A program made the translations under genes and the position numbers. Below are positions 17,783 to 29,600 of a DNA stretch of 51,648 bases, piece after piece; the first letter of the stretch is position 1, and each line of letters starts with the position of its first letter. Source of the DNA: a virus (taxonomy: Duplodnaviria; Caudoviricetes); IMG/VR virus record IMGVR_UViG_3300044513_001130, positions 1 through 51,648 of that record; one strand, given 5' to 3'. Below the pieces are notes generated by a model. That model saw only the letters and a list, made by a program, of their open reading frames with translations. It was not told the origin of the DNA and did no database searches.

Positions 17783-20700
17783 ACTAATGCTATTGTCCTC
17801 AAGTCTTTGATAAGTGGTGGATTTGATTGATCTGTTCCAGACATAATGATTTTAATTCTATATCCACTAAAGAATCCTAAATCACTAGCAGTATATTCAT
17901 ATTCTAAAAATTCACCATTTACACTTGCTGGAACAAAAACGTCCGATTTTCCATTATTCTTAGAAGGATCAATAACATCTAAATACCCATCGCCATTTAA
18001 ATCAATTGAAAGATTTTCATATCCTGGGAATAATTCAAATGATTGTTGAACTTCACTTGAATCTGGTCTAATGAGACTATAAAGAACTCTAACATCGGCA
18101 GATTCTGGTCTATTCATTCCCAAAATAACTTTAAGGGAAGTCGCTGGCTGCTTAAGTCTAACTTCCTTACTAACATAAGATGCAATGTGCGGATCTTTTT
18201 CAAAACTATTAATTGATTTATTGTTTATGTAATCATTAACAGGTTTTGTGAGCAAACTAGTTCTAAATTCTGTATAAGATTCGTCAAGATCTATAATTGG
18301 GGAAATATTCTTATCTGGAGATGTTAAGATTATTTGAGTTGTAAATGATTTATTTCTTGGTAAATTTCCAAGATAAGTGGATTCATTTATTTTTGAGCAG
18401 ACTAGTCTTACAGATGATAATTTATTTGGAGAATTTAATTCTACAGGCTCATATCCCTGATCTTCAAAAGATATTTCAGATCCATCAACACTTGTTCCAG
18501 AAACACTTCTAATAGAACCAGACAATGATGTCTGACCTGGAGTTAATGTTCTATATGATGGAATAACCGTATCATAAAGAATGTTCTCAGTAGCATATGC
18601 TTCAGAACCTCCTGCCGATCCGGTTTTACTGAAGGAAATTTGTGGAATACCACTCATTGATCCATCAGAACTTCTATCAGTTCCTCGATTGGAACTATCT
18701 GATCTATCAAATTCAACATAATATCCATAAATATCATTTCCAAAATCACTTACATCGTGAGTTGTGTTAATTCTTCTCAATGAAACTCCATTTAGTTCGT
18801 ATTTTGTAACTACCGAACCAATCGGATGCTCTACTGCGATTGTTCCATCTACTCCTCTATAAAGTGCTTCTAAAGTTCCATTAGCAACGGTTTCATATCC
18901 AATAATTTCTTCTTCAATTTTTACATATCCAAGATTTGATGCACCCACTCCAATACTTTCAAATGTGTTGAAGATTGAAGTATTTGCAACACTAATTAAA
19001 ACATCACCAGTCAATATAGGAGCATTTAAAACTGTTGGAGATTCACTAGATTCTACACCACTTATAGTAACTTTATTATTATCAGAGTACATTGAGTGGT
19101 TGAAGTGATTGATTCTAAGTGCATTTCCTATTTCCTCATTACCATACGACGCTGAAGATCTAATTGTTGTTGAAGCTAGAGAAACTGCAACTCCATCATC
19201 ACCATAATATCTCAATTGAGATCCTAAAGTGAAAGATTGTCCTTGAACTCTATCCAAATAGAGCGTATCAATTCCATTAGATCCTGTTACTGTAATTTCG
19301 GCTCCACTACCAGTGTTACCTGCTGTTGAAGTTACTATACCAACAAGATCACCGACAGAATATCCGTTACCACGGTTTACAACTGTTGCACCTGTTACTG
19401 CTCCAGAACTGATTGTTAGATCTAATGTTAATCCAGTACCACTTCCTGTTATTGCAAAAGTACTTACATTAGATTGTGATGAACCGCTATAATTTGTACC
19501 ATTTGTAGAGACACCAACAGATGCTACAGAACTACCAGTTCCAACAATATGACCATAATTAAACGACTTGACACTTTCAGAAACTTTTCTTCCCTCAGTA
19601 AGGATTCCTATCAATGTAGAGTTGCTTGTAGTTACAATTCCAACGGATAATTTCTTGGAATGTGCAACAACATCATTCTCATTCAATCTCTGAGAATAAC
19701 CATTACTTTCATCCAAAGATGGATTATAGAAAGTTACCGTTCCTGTATTTGAAGTAAATTCTGCTTTATATAATTTAAATTTAAGATCTTGATAGTCATT
19801 TGCTGACCACTCGGCACCATTTTGAGACTTATAAAGTCTACCTATAGCAAACTGCTTTGTATATCTAACATTTTCAGCATTTGCAAGAGTGCTTGTATTT
19901 ACAGCATTTTCGCCCATTTCAGCAATCCATGCTTCATACTGAATACTTTCTGGAGCTAACAGAACAATAGCGTATTGATTTCCAGGAGGAAGATATATTG
20001 GATGATCAAAAGTAACTCTTGTTGCTACGGAAGCATCAGAAGAAACGTTAATTTCGTTTGGTCTCAATACTTTTGGTTTTCCTACTCTGATTAGAGTTGG
20101 TGTACCCAATTCAACAGTTCTAATCTCTACAGTTAAAGGTGCGACGGAATCTTTGTTTGCAAAGAAAAGGTCTACAGAAGTCAAGAAACATCCATTAGTA
20201 TCTTCAGAACTTAAAATATCACTTCCACTTTCGCCAGGATTATTACCAACGGTAAATGTCTGTGCTAGTGGATCATATCTTTGTACAAAAGTGGTTGTTG
20301 TTATATTTCTAGTAATAGTTGTTAAAACATCAGTTTGTACTTGCTTGGTTTCCCAAATTCCTTCGGAACGATATACAGTTTCTGCAGATGAAATAATCTT
20401 ACTTCCACGAAGTGGAGTTTCATTAGTTGCACTGCTAGTTAACTTATATGTCTTTGTTCCAGTACCAATTCTTACAGATGGTGGTGGACTTGTGTGTGGG
20501 TCTCTAAGGAAGAATGATCCAATCAAATCGCCATAATTATCAGAAACTAGTTTCAAATCTTTTACAAATGCAACTGCTCCGCTTGTTTGACCGGTTAATT
20601 GCATTCCTTTAACCAAATATCCATAATATTTGCCTTGTGCTTCTTCTGAAAGTGAATATGTATCAACATTCAAAACTTTTGAAGATCCACTATAGTTTGG

Positions 20701-23700
20701 TGGAATATTTTCAGATTTAAAATATGGATTTATATTAAAGGTTGTTGATGGATCATTAAATGCACCATATTTGTGATTTGAAGTTGCAACTCTAAACTTG
20801 ATTAGTTTTTTACCATTGAGAGATCCTATTACAGTTTCTCCAACTTGGAAAATTCCACTAGATCCATAGTTTTGAAGATCTCTATCAACTGCTATTTCTA
20901 CCAGTTTTGGTACAAAATCTACAGAACCATTACCATCAAAGAATTGATAGTATCTAGCAAGTGGTCTTAAGTTTGAAGATTTAAATTCAGTATTTCTAGA
21001 TCTCATGAACCTTTCGGTTCCACTAGAAAGAAGAACATCTCTACTGGTTATTGATACTGAAGATCTAGATGATTCTGAACTACTACTTCCAGTTACAAAT
21101 GAAGCTCCACCACTTCCAGATGAAACTGTATTTGAGAACCTATTTACATTTACTACTGTTCTTCTTGTAATCTTTTCATCCAATCTAATAGTTCTTACCC
21201 AACTATCAGAACTTGGTTGTAAGTTAATTGTACCAATGTATTGTATAACATGGAATGGATTAACATTCTCAACTCTAGTAGCAATAACTTGTTCAATCCA
21301 ACCAACTTCATCATAATTTAAAGTGATGAATTGATCTGTTTTTTTAACATTAGAATCTAAAAGATCAAAGTCGGTGCTAAGATCTAGATTTTCATCGGTT
21401 AAGTTTGTTTTTGGTGCTACCTGATTTTTAATAGCATTTCTAGAAACAATAGGTCTTAAAATATTTCTATCTCTATCAACTTCAATAGAAGAATAGTTTT
21501 GATCTATAAAATCATTATTCTTAAAATCATCAACAAAGAATCCACTCTTAAATCTATCTAAACCATCACCATCTCTAACTTGTAAAGTTTTTGTATTTAC
21601 TTCAAGTAAAGAAAGAGATGTTACTCTTTCTAAATTCTCTACTCTATCTTCTATCTTCCCAATATCTCTCATAGTATATCTTCTATTATCAACAAGTGAT
21701 ATAGAAATATCAGAAATATCGTAGAGATATGGTGGTAAAGTAATTGTTGCAATATCCATTACCTCATCAAGTCTCAGAGGTCTCTTTGGATCTATAGACG
21801 AAATTCCTTTATCAAGTATAAACTTGCCGTTTTTATCAAGATAAAGTCTATCAACTCTTCCAATATAGTATTCATATCCAATTAAAGAACTACTATTTGG
21901 TGTTAACAGATATTTTGGATCTGTTCCAAAATTTCTAGAAGAGAAATCAAAAGGAGAAGATGTTGCAGAAGATGGAGTAAAGGTTAATACTCTTGGTCTA
22001 AAGTCAAGTATATCTGTTAATCTTAAATTTCTAGATTCAATGGAAGGAATATAATCTTGATATCTTTCTTTTGGATAGCTTAGAACGGTGAACAAATCTC
22101 CATCATCATTTGAAGGTACAGTATAATGGTCAAATATTACCATTAATCTATATGCTGCTTCTGGAGCATTTTTCTTTCTAATCAATCTAGAGTAGTCATA
22201 GTATTGATCTTTTTGACCATTATCTAAAACATAATTTGATGTTACATTTTTATATGATCCAACTGTAATTTGTTCAATCTCAGTTTTAATATTTGACTCT
22301 TCAAATGTAACATCTTCATACTGAGAAAATCTTCCCTGATTTAGATAAACTATTCCTAAAGTATTTGCAGATGGATTTGATACAACTCTTGCATAAGCAC
22401 CATTTTCTCCAAGGATATTTTCTCCAATTATTGCATTAGCATCGACATTAGCAATAGAATTTAACTGAATTAAATCTAAAGATGGGCTTTGATTGTTGAA
22501 AGACTCATATACTGCTAAAACATTAACAACATCTGGATAATTTAAACAAATTTCATCATCTTGAACTCTTAATCCATAATACTGATTATAAGTCAGTCCA
22601 TCATTAAAAGAACTACTGATTCCTGTACCAGATTGTTGATATTTGGAATAATTAATATTAACTGTTTGGCTTCTATTATATGTTTTTACTTTACTTTGAA
22701 CACCATTTTTTAAAGCACTAACATTTACGACAACATCAGTTTCTGATGAATTTAAACCATTTATTGTTACTGTATTATTAGATAAGACAAATTGGTCCGA
22801 TGTAATAGTACCAATTCCTCCACCAGAATAATGTACAGAATACTTTTCAACATCAAATGCTGTAAAGAATGAACTACTAATACCAGTAAGTTGTGCGTCT
22901 GTAAACGATAAGACACCACTTCCGTCTGTAGATTCTCCGGTAATCTGATAATTAACAACAATATTAGAGTCAGATAAATCTAACGAGGCAATATTTTTAT
23001 TTGGAATTTCTGCATATAAAAATCCTCTATCTTCATTTCTTATTTTTGGAACTCCAAGAGCAAATGTTGTTTGAAGCTCTGCTCCAGGAGATCCACCAGT
23101 GAAAATACCAGAAACAGAATCTAATGATGCTATATTTAAAGTTAAACCATCACTACTAACACTAGAGACTCTAGAGAATGTTTCTTCACTAAGACCCGGT
23201 CTTTGATATCTGATAATAGATTCTGAAGATATTCCTAAGAAAGACTTTCCAGATGCAGAAACTGTGCAGTTTCCAAATCCATCATCAGCACTGATGGTGA
23301 TTTTATCAAACGAACTAAATCCTTTTGGTGTTACTTTTTCTAAATCGGCATTAGCAAGAAATGCATATGGGAATCCAGAACCAGCATCTGATGCTTGATA
23401 TACTGATTTAATATCGCTTGTATCAAATACTTTTATTCTAACAATGCTTCTTGGTTTTGTCTCTACACCATTTATAATTAATTGCTCACCTCTTATAAAA
23501 GTACCAGAGGTTTGTCTTAAAGTAATCGTTGTGGAACCATTGCCAGAATATACGGCATAACCACTAGCTCCACTGCTCTTTCCTTCAACAAATGATGATG
23601 CTGGAAGTTCTGTAGTTGTTATTGATTGATTTAACAGAATTTCAGTATAAGTTTGTATATCATAGAGGAACAAATCCCATCTTGTAGATGCACCAGAATA

Positions 23701-25032
23701 TTTTGAATCCGTTACTTTAAAAGTGTAAACTCTAGATTCACCAATTTTATGTCCATTTGGTGCAGTGGTAGAGTTTTTAAACTTATTATAAAATCCAATA
23801 GATTGTTTGTTTCTAGCTGCACCAGATACATTATTGACTCTAAGCAAATTACCCATTTCAAATGGTATATTTGCCCTGGTTACTTTTTGAGTATCTCTTG
23901 GTTTTTCTACATCAATGATAGTTGTTTCTGACTTAGAAATATCATAACCTCTAACATATGCCTTTCCTGGAGAAATCTTCAAACACATCAAATCATCTGA
24001 TGGAGTATTTCCATCATTTGTCTTTTCTGTAGCAAAAAACAAACCATCATTACCAATGCGATCATTGATGGAGTTGTGGGTTGATAATATAAATGGATCT
24101 ACACTATAGTCTCCAGACTCATCATATGTTCTTTTTGCGAGATAATCTCTTATAAAGGAATATTGACTTTCTTTTGGTTGTATTTTCTTTATTGTTCCAC
24201 CACCAACGCGCATTAATTCTATAAAATCACTATCATCTAAATCTGTTAAGTCCTTCTTAACAAGTGATGTTGATATTTTTAATCTATCTGCGCCTGGGGA
24301 AGCATAGTTTGTAAACCCTTTAGCATTATCATATAAACTACTATCATTTTTTGCAGTTACAATTTCTTCAGATACTTTTAATCCGATTCTGTAAGAAGAA
24401 TTGCTTGAATAATAGTCTAAAATTATAGTTTCTTTGTTTACCGTTACAAAATAACCCCTTATAAAATAGACACCTTCACTAATAGAAGCTGATGATCCTA
24501 TAGCAGTAGCGTCTAAATTGATTAATGATGCAAATGGAGTTCCAATATCAATTGTTGTATTTCCATATATGATTTCTTCATCACATGTCAATTGCTCAGC
24601 ATCACTGAATGGATTAATTTCAAAATTATTATCAGAGTTTAAATATTTTACATATAACGTTGGATATTCTACTTCAGAGTTTGGAAGTTGAACATATTGA
24701 ACAACAGCATTAACACCAGAATTATCTCCTGTTATCTTTTTACCAACAAGTTTATTCAAATACAGTGAGATATCAGTACCAAAATTTGTAAAGTTTAATT
24801 TTACTGCATAAAATTCTGGATCAAAAGTAATTCCCCCAGGAATTACCATTGACCCTTCTTTAAATATATGACTACCGAAAGTTTCTACTTGATTTTGTAG
24901 TAAAGATTGTAAAGTCGTTAACTCCCTAGCTTGTACTGGGCGTCCTGGATTAAATAAAACTTTATAGAATTGTTTTGCGGCATCAAAGTCGTCATGATAT
25001 GGGCTGATATTGAGATTTGTGTTTTGAGCCAT
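17779..25032 (-). CDS. Large baseplate/tail-associated structural protein (2417 aa, VrlC/DUF4815-like)
   Basis: PYHDDFD...KVLFNPGRPVQARELTTLQS N-terminus; RRYTMRDIGKIEDR and RFKSGFFVDDF motifs; follows gp8. Confidence 0.88.
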   Translation of the reverse strand: MAQNTNLNISPYHDDFDAAKQFYKVLFNPGRPVQARELTTLQSLLQNQVETFGSHIFKEGSMVIPGGITFDPEFYAVKLNFTNFGTDISLYLNKLVGKKITGDNSGVNAVVQYVQLPNSEVEYPTLYVKYLNSDNNFEINPFSDAEQLTCDEEIIYGNTTIDIGTPFASLINLDATAIGSSASISEGVYFIRGYFVTVNKETIILDYYSSNSSYRIGLKVSEEIVTAKNDSSLYDNAKGFTNYASPGADRLKISTSLVKKDLTDLDDSDFIELMRVGGGTIKKIQPKESQYSFIRDYLAKRTYDESGDYSVDPFILSTHNSINDRIGNDGLFFATEKTNDGNTPSDDLMCLKISPGKAYVRGYDISKSETTIIDVEKPRDTQKVTRANIPFEMGNLLRVNNVSGAARNKQSIGFYNKFKNSTTAPNGHKIGESRVYTFKVTDSKYSGASTRWDLFLYDIQTYTEILLNQSITTTELPASSFVEGKSSGASGYAVYSGNGSTTITLRQTSGTFIRGEQLIINGVETKPRSIVRIKVFDTSDIKSVYQASDAGSGFPYAFLANADLEKVTPKGFSSFDKITISADDGFGNCTVSASGKSFLGISSESIIRYQRPGLSEETFSRVSSVSSDGLTLNIASLDSVSGIFTGGSPGAELQTTFALGVPKIRNEDRGFLYAEIPNKNIASLDLSDSNIVVNYQITGESTDGSGVLSFTDAQLTGISSSFFTAFDVEKYSVHYSGGGIGTITSDQFVLSNNTVTINGLNSSETDVVVNVSALKNGVQSKVKTYNRSQTVNINYSKYQQSGTGISSSFNDGLTYNQYYGLRVQDDEICLNYPDVVNVLAVYESFNNQSPSLDLIQLNSIANVDANAIIGENILGENGAYARVVSNPSANTLGIVYLNQGRFSQYEDVTFEESNIKTEIEQITVGSYKNVTSNYVLDNGQKDQYYDYSRLIRKKNAPEAAYRLMVIFDHYTVPSNDDGDLFTVLSYPKERYQDYIPSIESRNLRLTDILDFRPRVLTFTPSSATSSPFDFSSRNFGTDPKYLLTPNSSSLIGYEYYIGRVDRLYLDKNGKFILDKGISSIDPKRPLRLDEVMDIATITLPPYLYDISDISISLVDNRRYTMRDIGKIEDRVENLERVTSLSLLEVNTKTLQVRDGDGLDRFKSGFFVDDFKNNDFIDQNYSSIEVDRDRNILRPIVSRNAIKNQVAPKTNLTDENLDLSTDFDLLDSNVKKTDQFITLNYDEVGWIEQVIATRVENVNPFHVIQYIGTINLQPSSDSWVRTIRLDEKITRRTVVNVNRFSNTVSSGSGGASFVTGSSSSESSRSSVSITSRDVLLSSGTERFMRSRNTEFKSSNLRPLARYYQFFDGNGSVDFVPKLVEIAVDRDLQNYGSSGIFQVGETVIGSLNGKKLIKFRVATSNHKYGAFNDPSTTFNINPYFKSENIPPNYSGSSKVLNVDTYSLSEEAQGKYYGYLVKGMQLTGQTSGAVAFVKDLKLVSDNYGDLIGSFFLRDPHTSPPPSVRIGTGTKTYKLTSSATNETPLRGSKIISSAETVYRSEGIWETKQVQTDVLTTITRNITTTTFVQRYDPLAQTFTVGNNPGESGSDILSSEDTNGCFLTSVDLFFANKDSVAPLTVEIRTVELGTPTLIRVGKPKVLRPNEINVSSDASVATRVTFDHPIYLPPGNQYAIVLLAPESIQYEAWIAEMGENAVNTSTLANAENVRYTKQFAIGRLYKSQNGAEWSANDYQDLKFKLYKAEFTSNTGTVTFYNPSLDESNGYSQRLNENDVVAHSKKLSVGIVTTSNSTLIGILTEGRKVSESVKSFNYGHIVGTGSSVASVGVSTNGTNYSGSSQSNVSTFAITGSGTGLTLDLTISSGAVTGATVVNRGNGYSVGDLVGIVTSTAGNTGSGAEITVTGSNGIDTLYLDRVQGQSFTLGSQLRYYGDDGVAVSLASTTIRSSASYGNEEIGNALRINHFNHSMYSDNNKVTISGVESSESPTVLNAPILTGDVLISVANTSIFNTFESIGVGASNLGYVKIEEEIIGYETVANGTLEALYRGVDGTIAVEHPIGSVVTKYELNGVSLRRINTTHDVSDFGNDIYGYYVEFDRSDSSNRGTDRSSDGSMSGIPQISFSKTGSAGGSEAYATENILYDTVIPSYRTLTPGQTSLSGSIRSVSGTSVDGSEISFEDQGYEPVELNSPNKLSSVRLVCSKINESTYLGNLPRNKSFTTQIILTSPDKNISPIIDLDESYTEFRTSLLTKPVNDYINNKSINSFEKDPHIASYVSKEVRLKQPATSLKVILGMNRPESADVRVLYSLIRPDSSEVQQSFELFPGYENLSIDLNGDGYLDVIDPSKNNGKSDVFVPASVNGEFLEYEYTASDLGFFSGYRIKIIMSGTDQSNPPLIKDLRTIALV

Positions 25033-25035
25033 TTC

Positions 25036-26583
25036 TTAAAATTCCAGGATAATTTTAACGTCTTCTTTTTGTCTAGAGTTTCTTGAAACTAGAGGTCTAT
25101 TATCAATGTAAATTATATCCCCCGATTCTTTATTTATCTCGGGAGATGAAAGACCATTGGTAAATTGCGACCCTAAACTTATAATTTTTGTACCTGTTGG
25201 ATTTGTTGTAATTCCAGTAAATGCCGTATCAATTGATCCAGAAAATCCACCAGAACTGGTTACAGCATTTGATGAAGATTCAAAATCTAAAACCTTCGAT
25301 GATGTTGAGATTCCGATATAATCTTTTTGATCAATGGAAGTTTGATTTAAAAATAGAGTTCTATCTCTAAAATATTTTAGAACTTTAGTTTCAGAATCAT
25401 ATGAAGCCACATAACCTTTAGCAATGCCACCAGTTACAGTTTGGTTAATCTTGTCTCCAACTGATACAGAACCAGAAACTGAAGAAAATTTTATAGAGTA
25501 AAGTGAAGAATATTCACTACTTGTATATACTTGAGTAGATCCGAAAGAAACTGGATTTTTAATTATACCTATTTGTGAAAATTTTGAATCAGTTGGAAAA
25601 TCCTTTGTAGAATCATCAAATCTAGCATAAATTAAAATTTTATCAGCTCCAAGTTCTTTATATAAATCATACCCATGACCATTTGATGGTGGAATAATTG
25701 GAATCAACTTTGCATTTTGGTTAGAAGATGCATTCAAATTGCCAGTATCAACTATTCCGTAGCTATATCCTTTTCCGCCCGATGATACCTGAGCATTTGT
25801 AATTTTTCCACCAATAATATCCAATACTACTTGTCCACCAGTTCCATCACCCAAAATATCAACAACTTGTCCAGTTCCACTAGAATATCCAGAACCTTCA
25901 GTCTCTATATAAACTTTTTTTATTTGGTTTTCATTTATTGAAGAATCTCCATTTTCTCTTACAACTTGTATTTGAGAATCTGTAGATGTTTTCCAATTGT
26001 TTGGTACAGTAATGTATTCAATTGAGTCAAATTTAATGATATCGCTAGGAGAAACGGTAAACAAATATTTCCAAACATAACCATCACCACTTTCACCAGC
26101 TTTAGATGGTTCTAAATCTGTAAAGGTTGGTTCATCTTGAGATGAATTACCTAAAGGATTGTTTCCAGAAGATCCATTATCTATACATATATAAACCTTA
26201 TATTCAGAATTCATTACATAATAATTTGAATCATAAAGTCTTGTCGATCTTGTAATTGGTGATGGGTTATTAATACTATAATCATGACGGTACATTTCGT
26301 ATTTTGTACCCTGAGACCAGTCAATCCTTCTAATAAGTCTTCTTACATTTGTAGATGATATTTTTTTACCAAAAAGCGTAGTATCTTTATAATGAGACTC
26401 ATATTTCAAGTTGTCTGTGGGACTTGGTGTGTTTGTATCCCAGTCAGAAGTTCTACCAAATCCAACAGCGGTTGGGTTTGGTAGACCAACAAAAACATAA
26501 TAAGAATTTGAAGAATTCTCTATGGATTCTACAAAGTTACTAGCATTAAATATTCTAAATTGATCTGTAACAAGAGCAGACAT
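25036..26583 (-). CDS. gp8: Baseplate wedge subunit
   Basis: YYVMNSEYKVYICIDN and GDGYVWKYLF motifs; ends QKEDVKIILEF. Confidence 0.92.
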   Translation of the reverse strand: MSALVTDQFRIFNASNFVESIENSSNSYYVFVGLPNPTAVGFGRTSDWDTNTPSPTDNLKYESHYKDTTLFGKKISSTNVRRLIRRIDWSQGTKYEMYRHDYSINNPSPITRSTRLYDSNYYVMNSEYKVYICIDNGSSGNNPLGNSSQDEPTFTDLEPSKAGESGDGYVWKYLFTVSPSDIIKFDSIEYITVPNNWKTSTDSQIQVVRENGDSSINENQIKKVYIETEGSGYSSGTGQVVDILGDGTGGQVVLDIIGGKITNAQVSSGGKGYSYGIVDTGNLNASSNQNAKLIPIIPPSNGHGYDLYKELGADKILIYARFDDSTKDFPTDSKFSQIGIIKNPVSFGSTQVYTSSEYSSLYSIKFSSVSGSVSVGDKINQTVTGGIAKGYVASYDSETKVLKYFRDRTLFLNQTSIDQKDYIGISTSSKVLDFESSSNAVTSSGGFSGSIDTAFTGITTNPTGTKIISLGSQFTNGLSSPEINKESGDIIYIDNRPLVSRNSRQKEDVKIILEF

Positions 26584-26602
26584 ATTAATAAGCTTTTAGA
26601 TC

Positions 26603-26610
26603 TATTTATA
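26603..26610 (-). promoter_or_regulatory. Late promoter TATAAATA
   Basis: Exact consensus between gp7 and gp8. Confidence 0.8.
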
Positions 26611-26612
26611 TC

Positions 26613-29600
26613 TTAACCGAGATCTTTTCTCAGAGCACCAGTATTGCGTAATCCATAACCCCTTCTTTGAATAGTTGCAAATGTTGTTAGACCAGTATTA
26701 ACTGTGTTACCAGTTACTCCTATAGATATTGGTGATGATGATCTTGAGAATCCAGAAAGTCTTCCCCAAGAGAATTTTCCAAGTTGATCATATCCAAAAG
26801 TATCAATTCCAGAAAGACTGCTTGAATCAGAAACATTACATACAACAGATGCGACTGTAGATCCAATAGAAGTGTATGAATGAATTTTATAGATGTTATC
26901 AAAGAATGTTGTTCCAATTCCAACTACTTCAGAATCGGAATTATCTATTGAAGTAACTCCACTACCAACAGTTGTATCAAAAATATAAATTGGATATCCA
27001 TCAGTAAGTCCAGTTCCTGTAAATGATGTTGGTGCAATTACAGATAAATCAAATTTAATGGCTAAATCTACTCCAACACCAGACACTGTAGATATACCAG
27101 TAACTATTCCACTAAATCCATCAACATTTACAATACCAGTAATATTTTCAAAATTCGAGCTTGGAACTGGTGCTAATACTTGTGGTGGAGTAAGAACACT
27201 ATAACCAAGTCCTGGATTTGTTATTGTGATTGATGTAATTATTCCAGATGTAATTGATGCTGTTGCAGTAGCAGTTGTACCAATACCAACTCCAATTTGT
27301 TGTGGAGCAGACAGTTTAAGATCAATAGATGTACCAATGTATCCACTTCCACCATCAAAAATAGTGAAGAAGTCTATAGAACCACTAGAAGAAACATTTG
27401 CAGTTATTGCTGCAGATACGGGATCATTACCATTAACTATAATTGCATTAACAGATGAGATGATAATATCAGACTCATTTTCCTCATAGTTAAATAACTG
27501 CGCATCATCAACATACAAAACAGTATCGGAAGAAGTAAAATCGTAAATAACTTTTGCCGTTGGATATACTAAAGACTCTAAGGAATCTCTTGTCTTATAA
27601 ATTTTCTCATTGTTTATTACTTTATCAGATTTTTGCTTTATCCATGATATTGGACGCTCATTTTCTTCATCAATACCGATATCATTGTAAAGATTAGTTT
27701 CCAATTTGTCTGAAGATGTGATACTATGTACTGTTCTTTTTTCTTGTTGAACCGTTGATGGAATAGATTCATTTCTAAAAATTTGAACAATATCTCCAGA
27801 CTTTATAGTCTCATTTATAGTAACAAGACGACTATCTTGCCCTCTTGTTCCTCTATAGAAGAATATCGCTACCTTATCATCTGGTTTTGGTGGATTTGAG
27901 AATGTGAAAGATGAACCACCTTCAAATGTATAGGACACATTTGGTTCTTGAACAACTCCATTAATGAAGATCAAAAGAACTGCACTTAAATCTATTTCTA
28001 TAGATTCTGTGTTTTGATCGGTAGTTTCAAAACTTAACAACGAGGAGTTATAATATAGTGGGAATCTCTTTCTAGATCCATCTTGTAAAGGTTTTATGGA
28101 ATCAATGTAATCTAATTCACCAAACTGCCACAATCCAAAAGTATCTGTATAAGTATCGATAACAGTTAATTCAAATTGTGATATTGGGGAAGGAAGATCT
28201 TTAGAGGTTACTAACCCAACAGGAGTAATAACATCACCAATGTTATATCCATATCCATTTCTCTTAATAGAGAAGGAAGAAACTTCGAACAGAGTAGATC
28301 CTATTCCCGTTGTTGATGCTGAAGAAACATCAATATTGACCAATAATCCAGATCCAGTTTCAGTTGTAGAACCAATTCCCAATCTAGAAACTCCTTGAAC
28401 TGGTAAATTACTATAAGATGGTGATGGTACTTTAATAATTGGATTAGAGTATCCAGAACCACCATCAACAACATTGAATGATAATGATCCACCAGCACCA
28501 ACTGTTGCTGTAATATTAGCAGATGTTCCTGAATGATTGGGATCAGTAACGCCAATAGATACCACTCCATAGTATCCAGATCCGACTATATCAGTGGTTC
28601 CTATACCAACAGATGTAATCGTTCCACTTCCATCAATCACAGCTGTAACAGATGCACCTACAAGGGGTGCGTAACCAAGACCACCAGTAGATCCAAGGGA
28701 AACAATAATACCACCTCTTGGAAGTTGGTTTATATTAATATCATAATCTGATATGTAATCAACTTCACTTTCATCTGCTGAAGTACCACTAAAAACAACA
28801 CTACTTACACCAACATTAACATCTTCGATAATCTTGAAATTATTTCCAGTATTGTTTTGTGTTGATGGTGTTTGGAATAAATTGTTTATAAACAGAATAC
28901 CATTTCCACCAGTGGTTCCAAGACCAACTGTGTTTATACCATCTCTAGTTAATACGTATGTCTGACCAATTCCTGTAAATCTTTCCGAAATATCATCATA
29001 TAATTGGTTTGAAGAATAATCTTGTCTTAAATAAACTCTTCCACCGAATTTTGATTTGAAGTATGATAAATTGCTAGAATCATTGGAAGATCTAAAGTCA
29101 CCTTTTGGTGCTTCAGTGAAGTGAATTTTATTTCCCTTCAAATTGTAAGATCCTCTGTAAATTTTAACCTCTGTTAAATCTGCATGTGAAGTTGCAGAAG
29201 TACCGACAAATCCTCTTTCAACTTGAACCAGGTTGGTTTGACCAATCCCACTTATTGGACCAATGCTGGTTTTTCCATAACCAACACTTATAATTCTCAT
29301 AAATTCATCTTCTACTTTTAGAAGATCATTAGTTTTAATCGAACTAATTCCACTTAGAGCGAATATAGTTGTCCCAACGCCAACAGATCCGCCATAGTTT
29401 CCAATAAGAGAATAATTTAAAAGTGAATATGTTATTGGATATTGAACAAGATCATCAATTGTTATTAAAGATTTTTCAAGTTTTTTGGTCATTTCCAGAC
29501 CATGAATATTTCCAGATCCCAAAGATGTAAATGTTACATATATTCCAGCTTGTGCATAATCTTTTCTTGTTGATAATCTAAAGGTGTCTTCTGTAAGTTT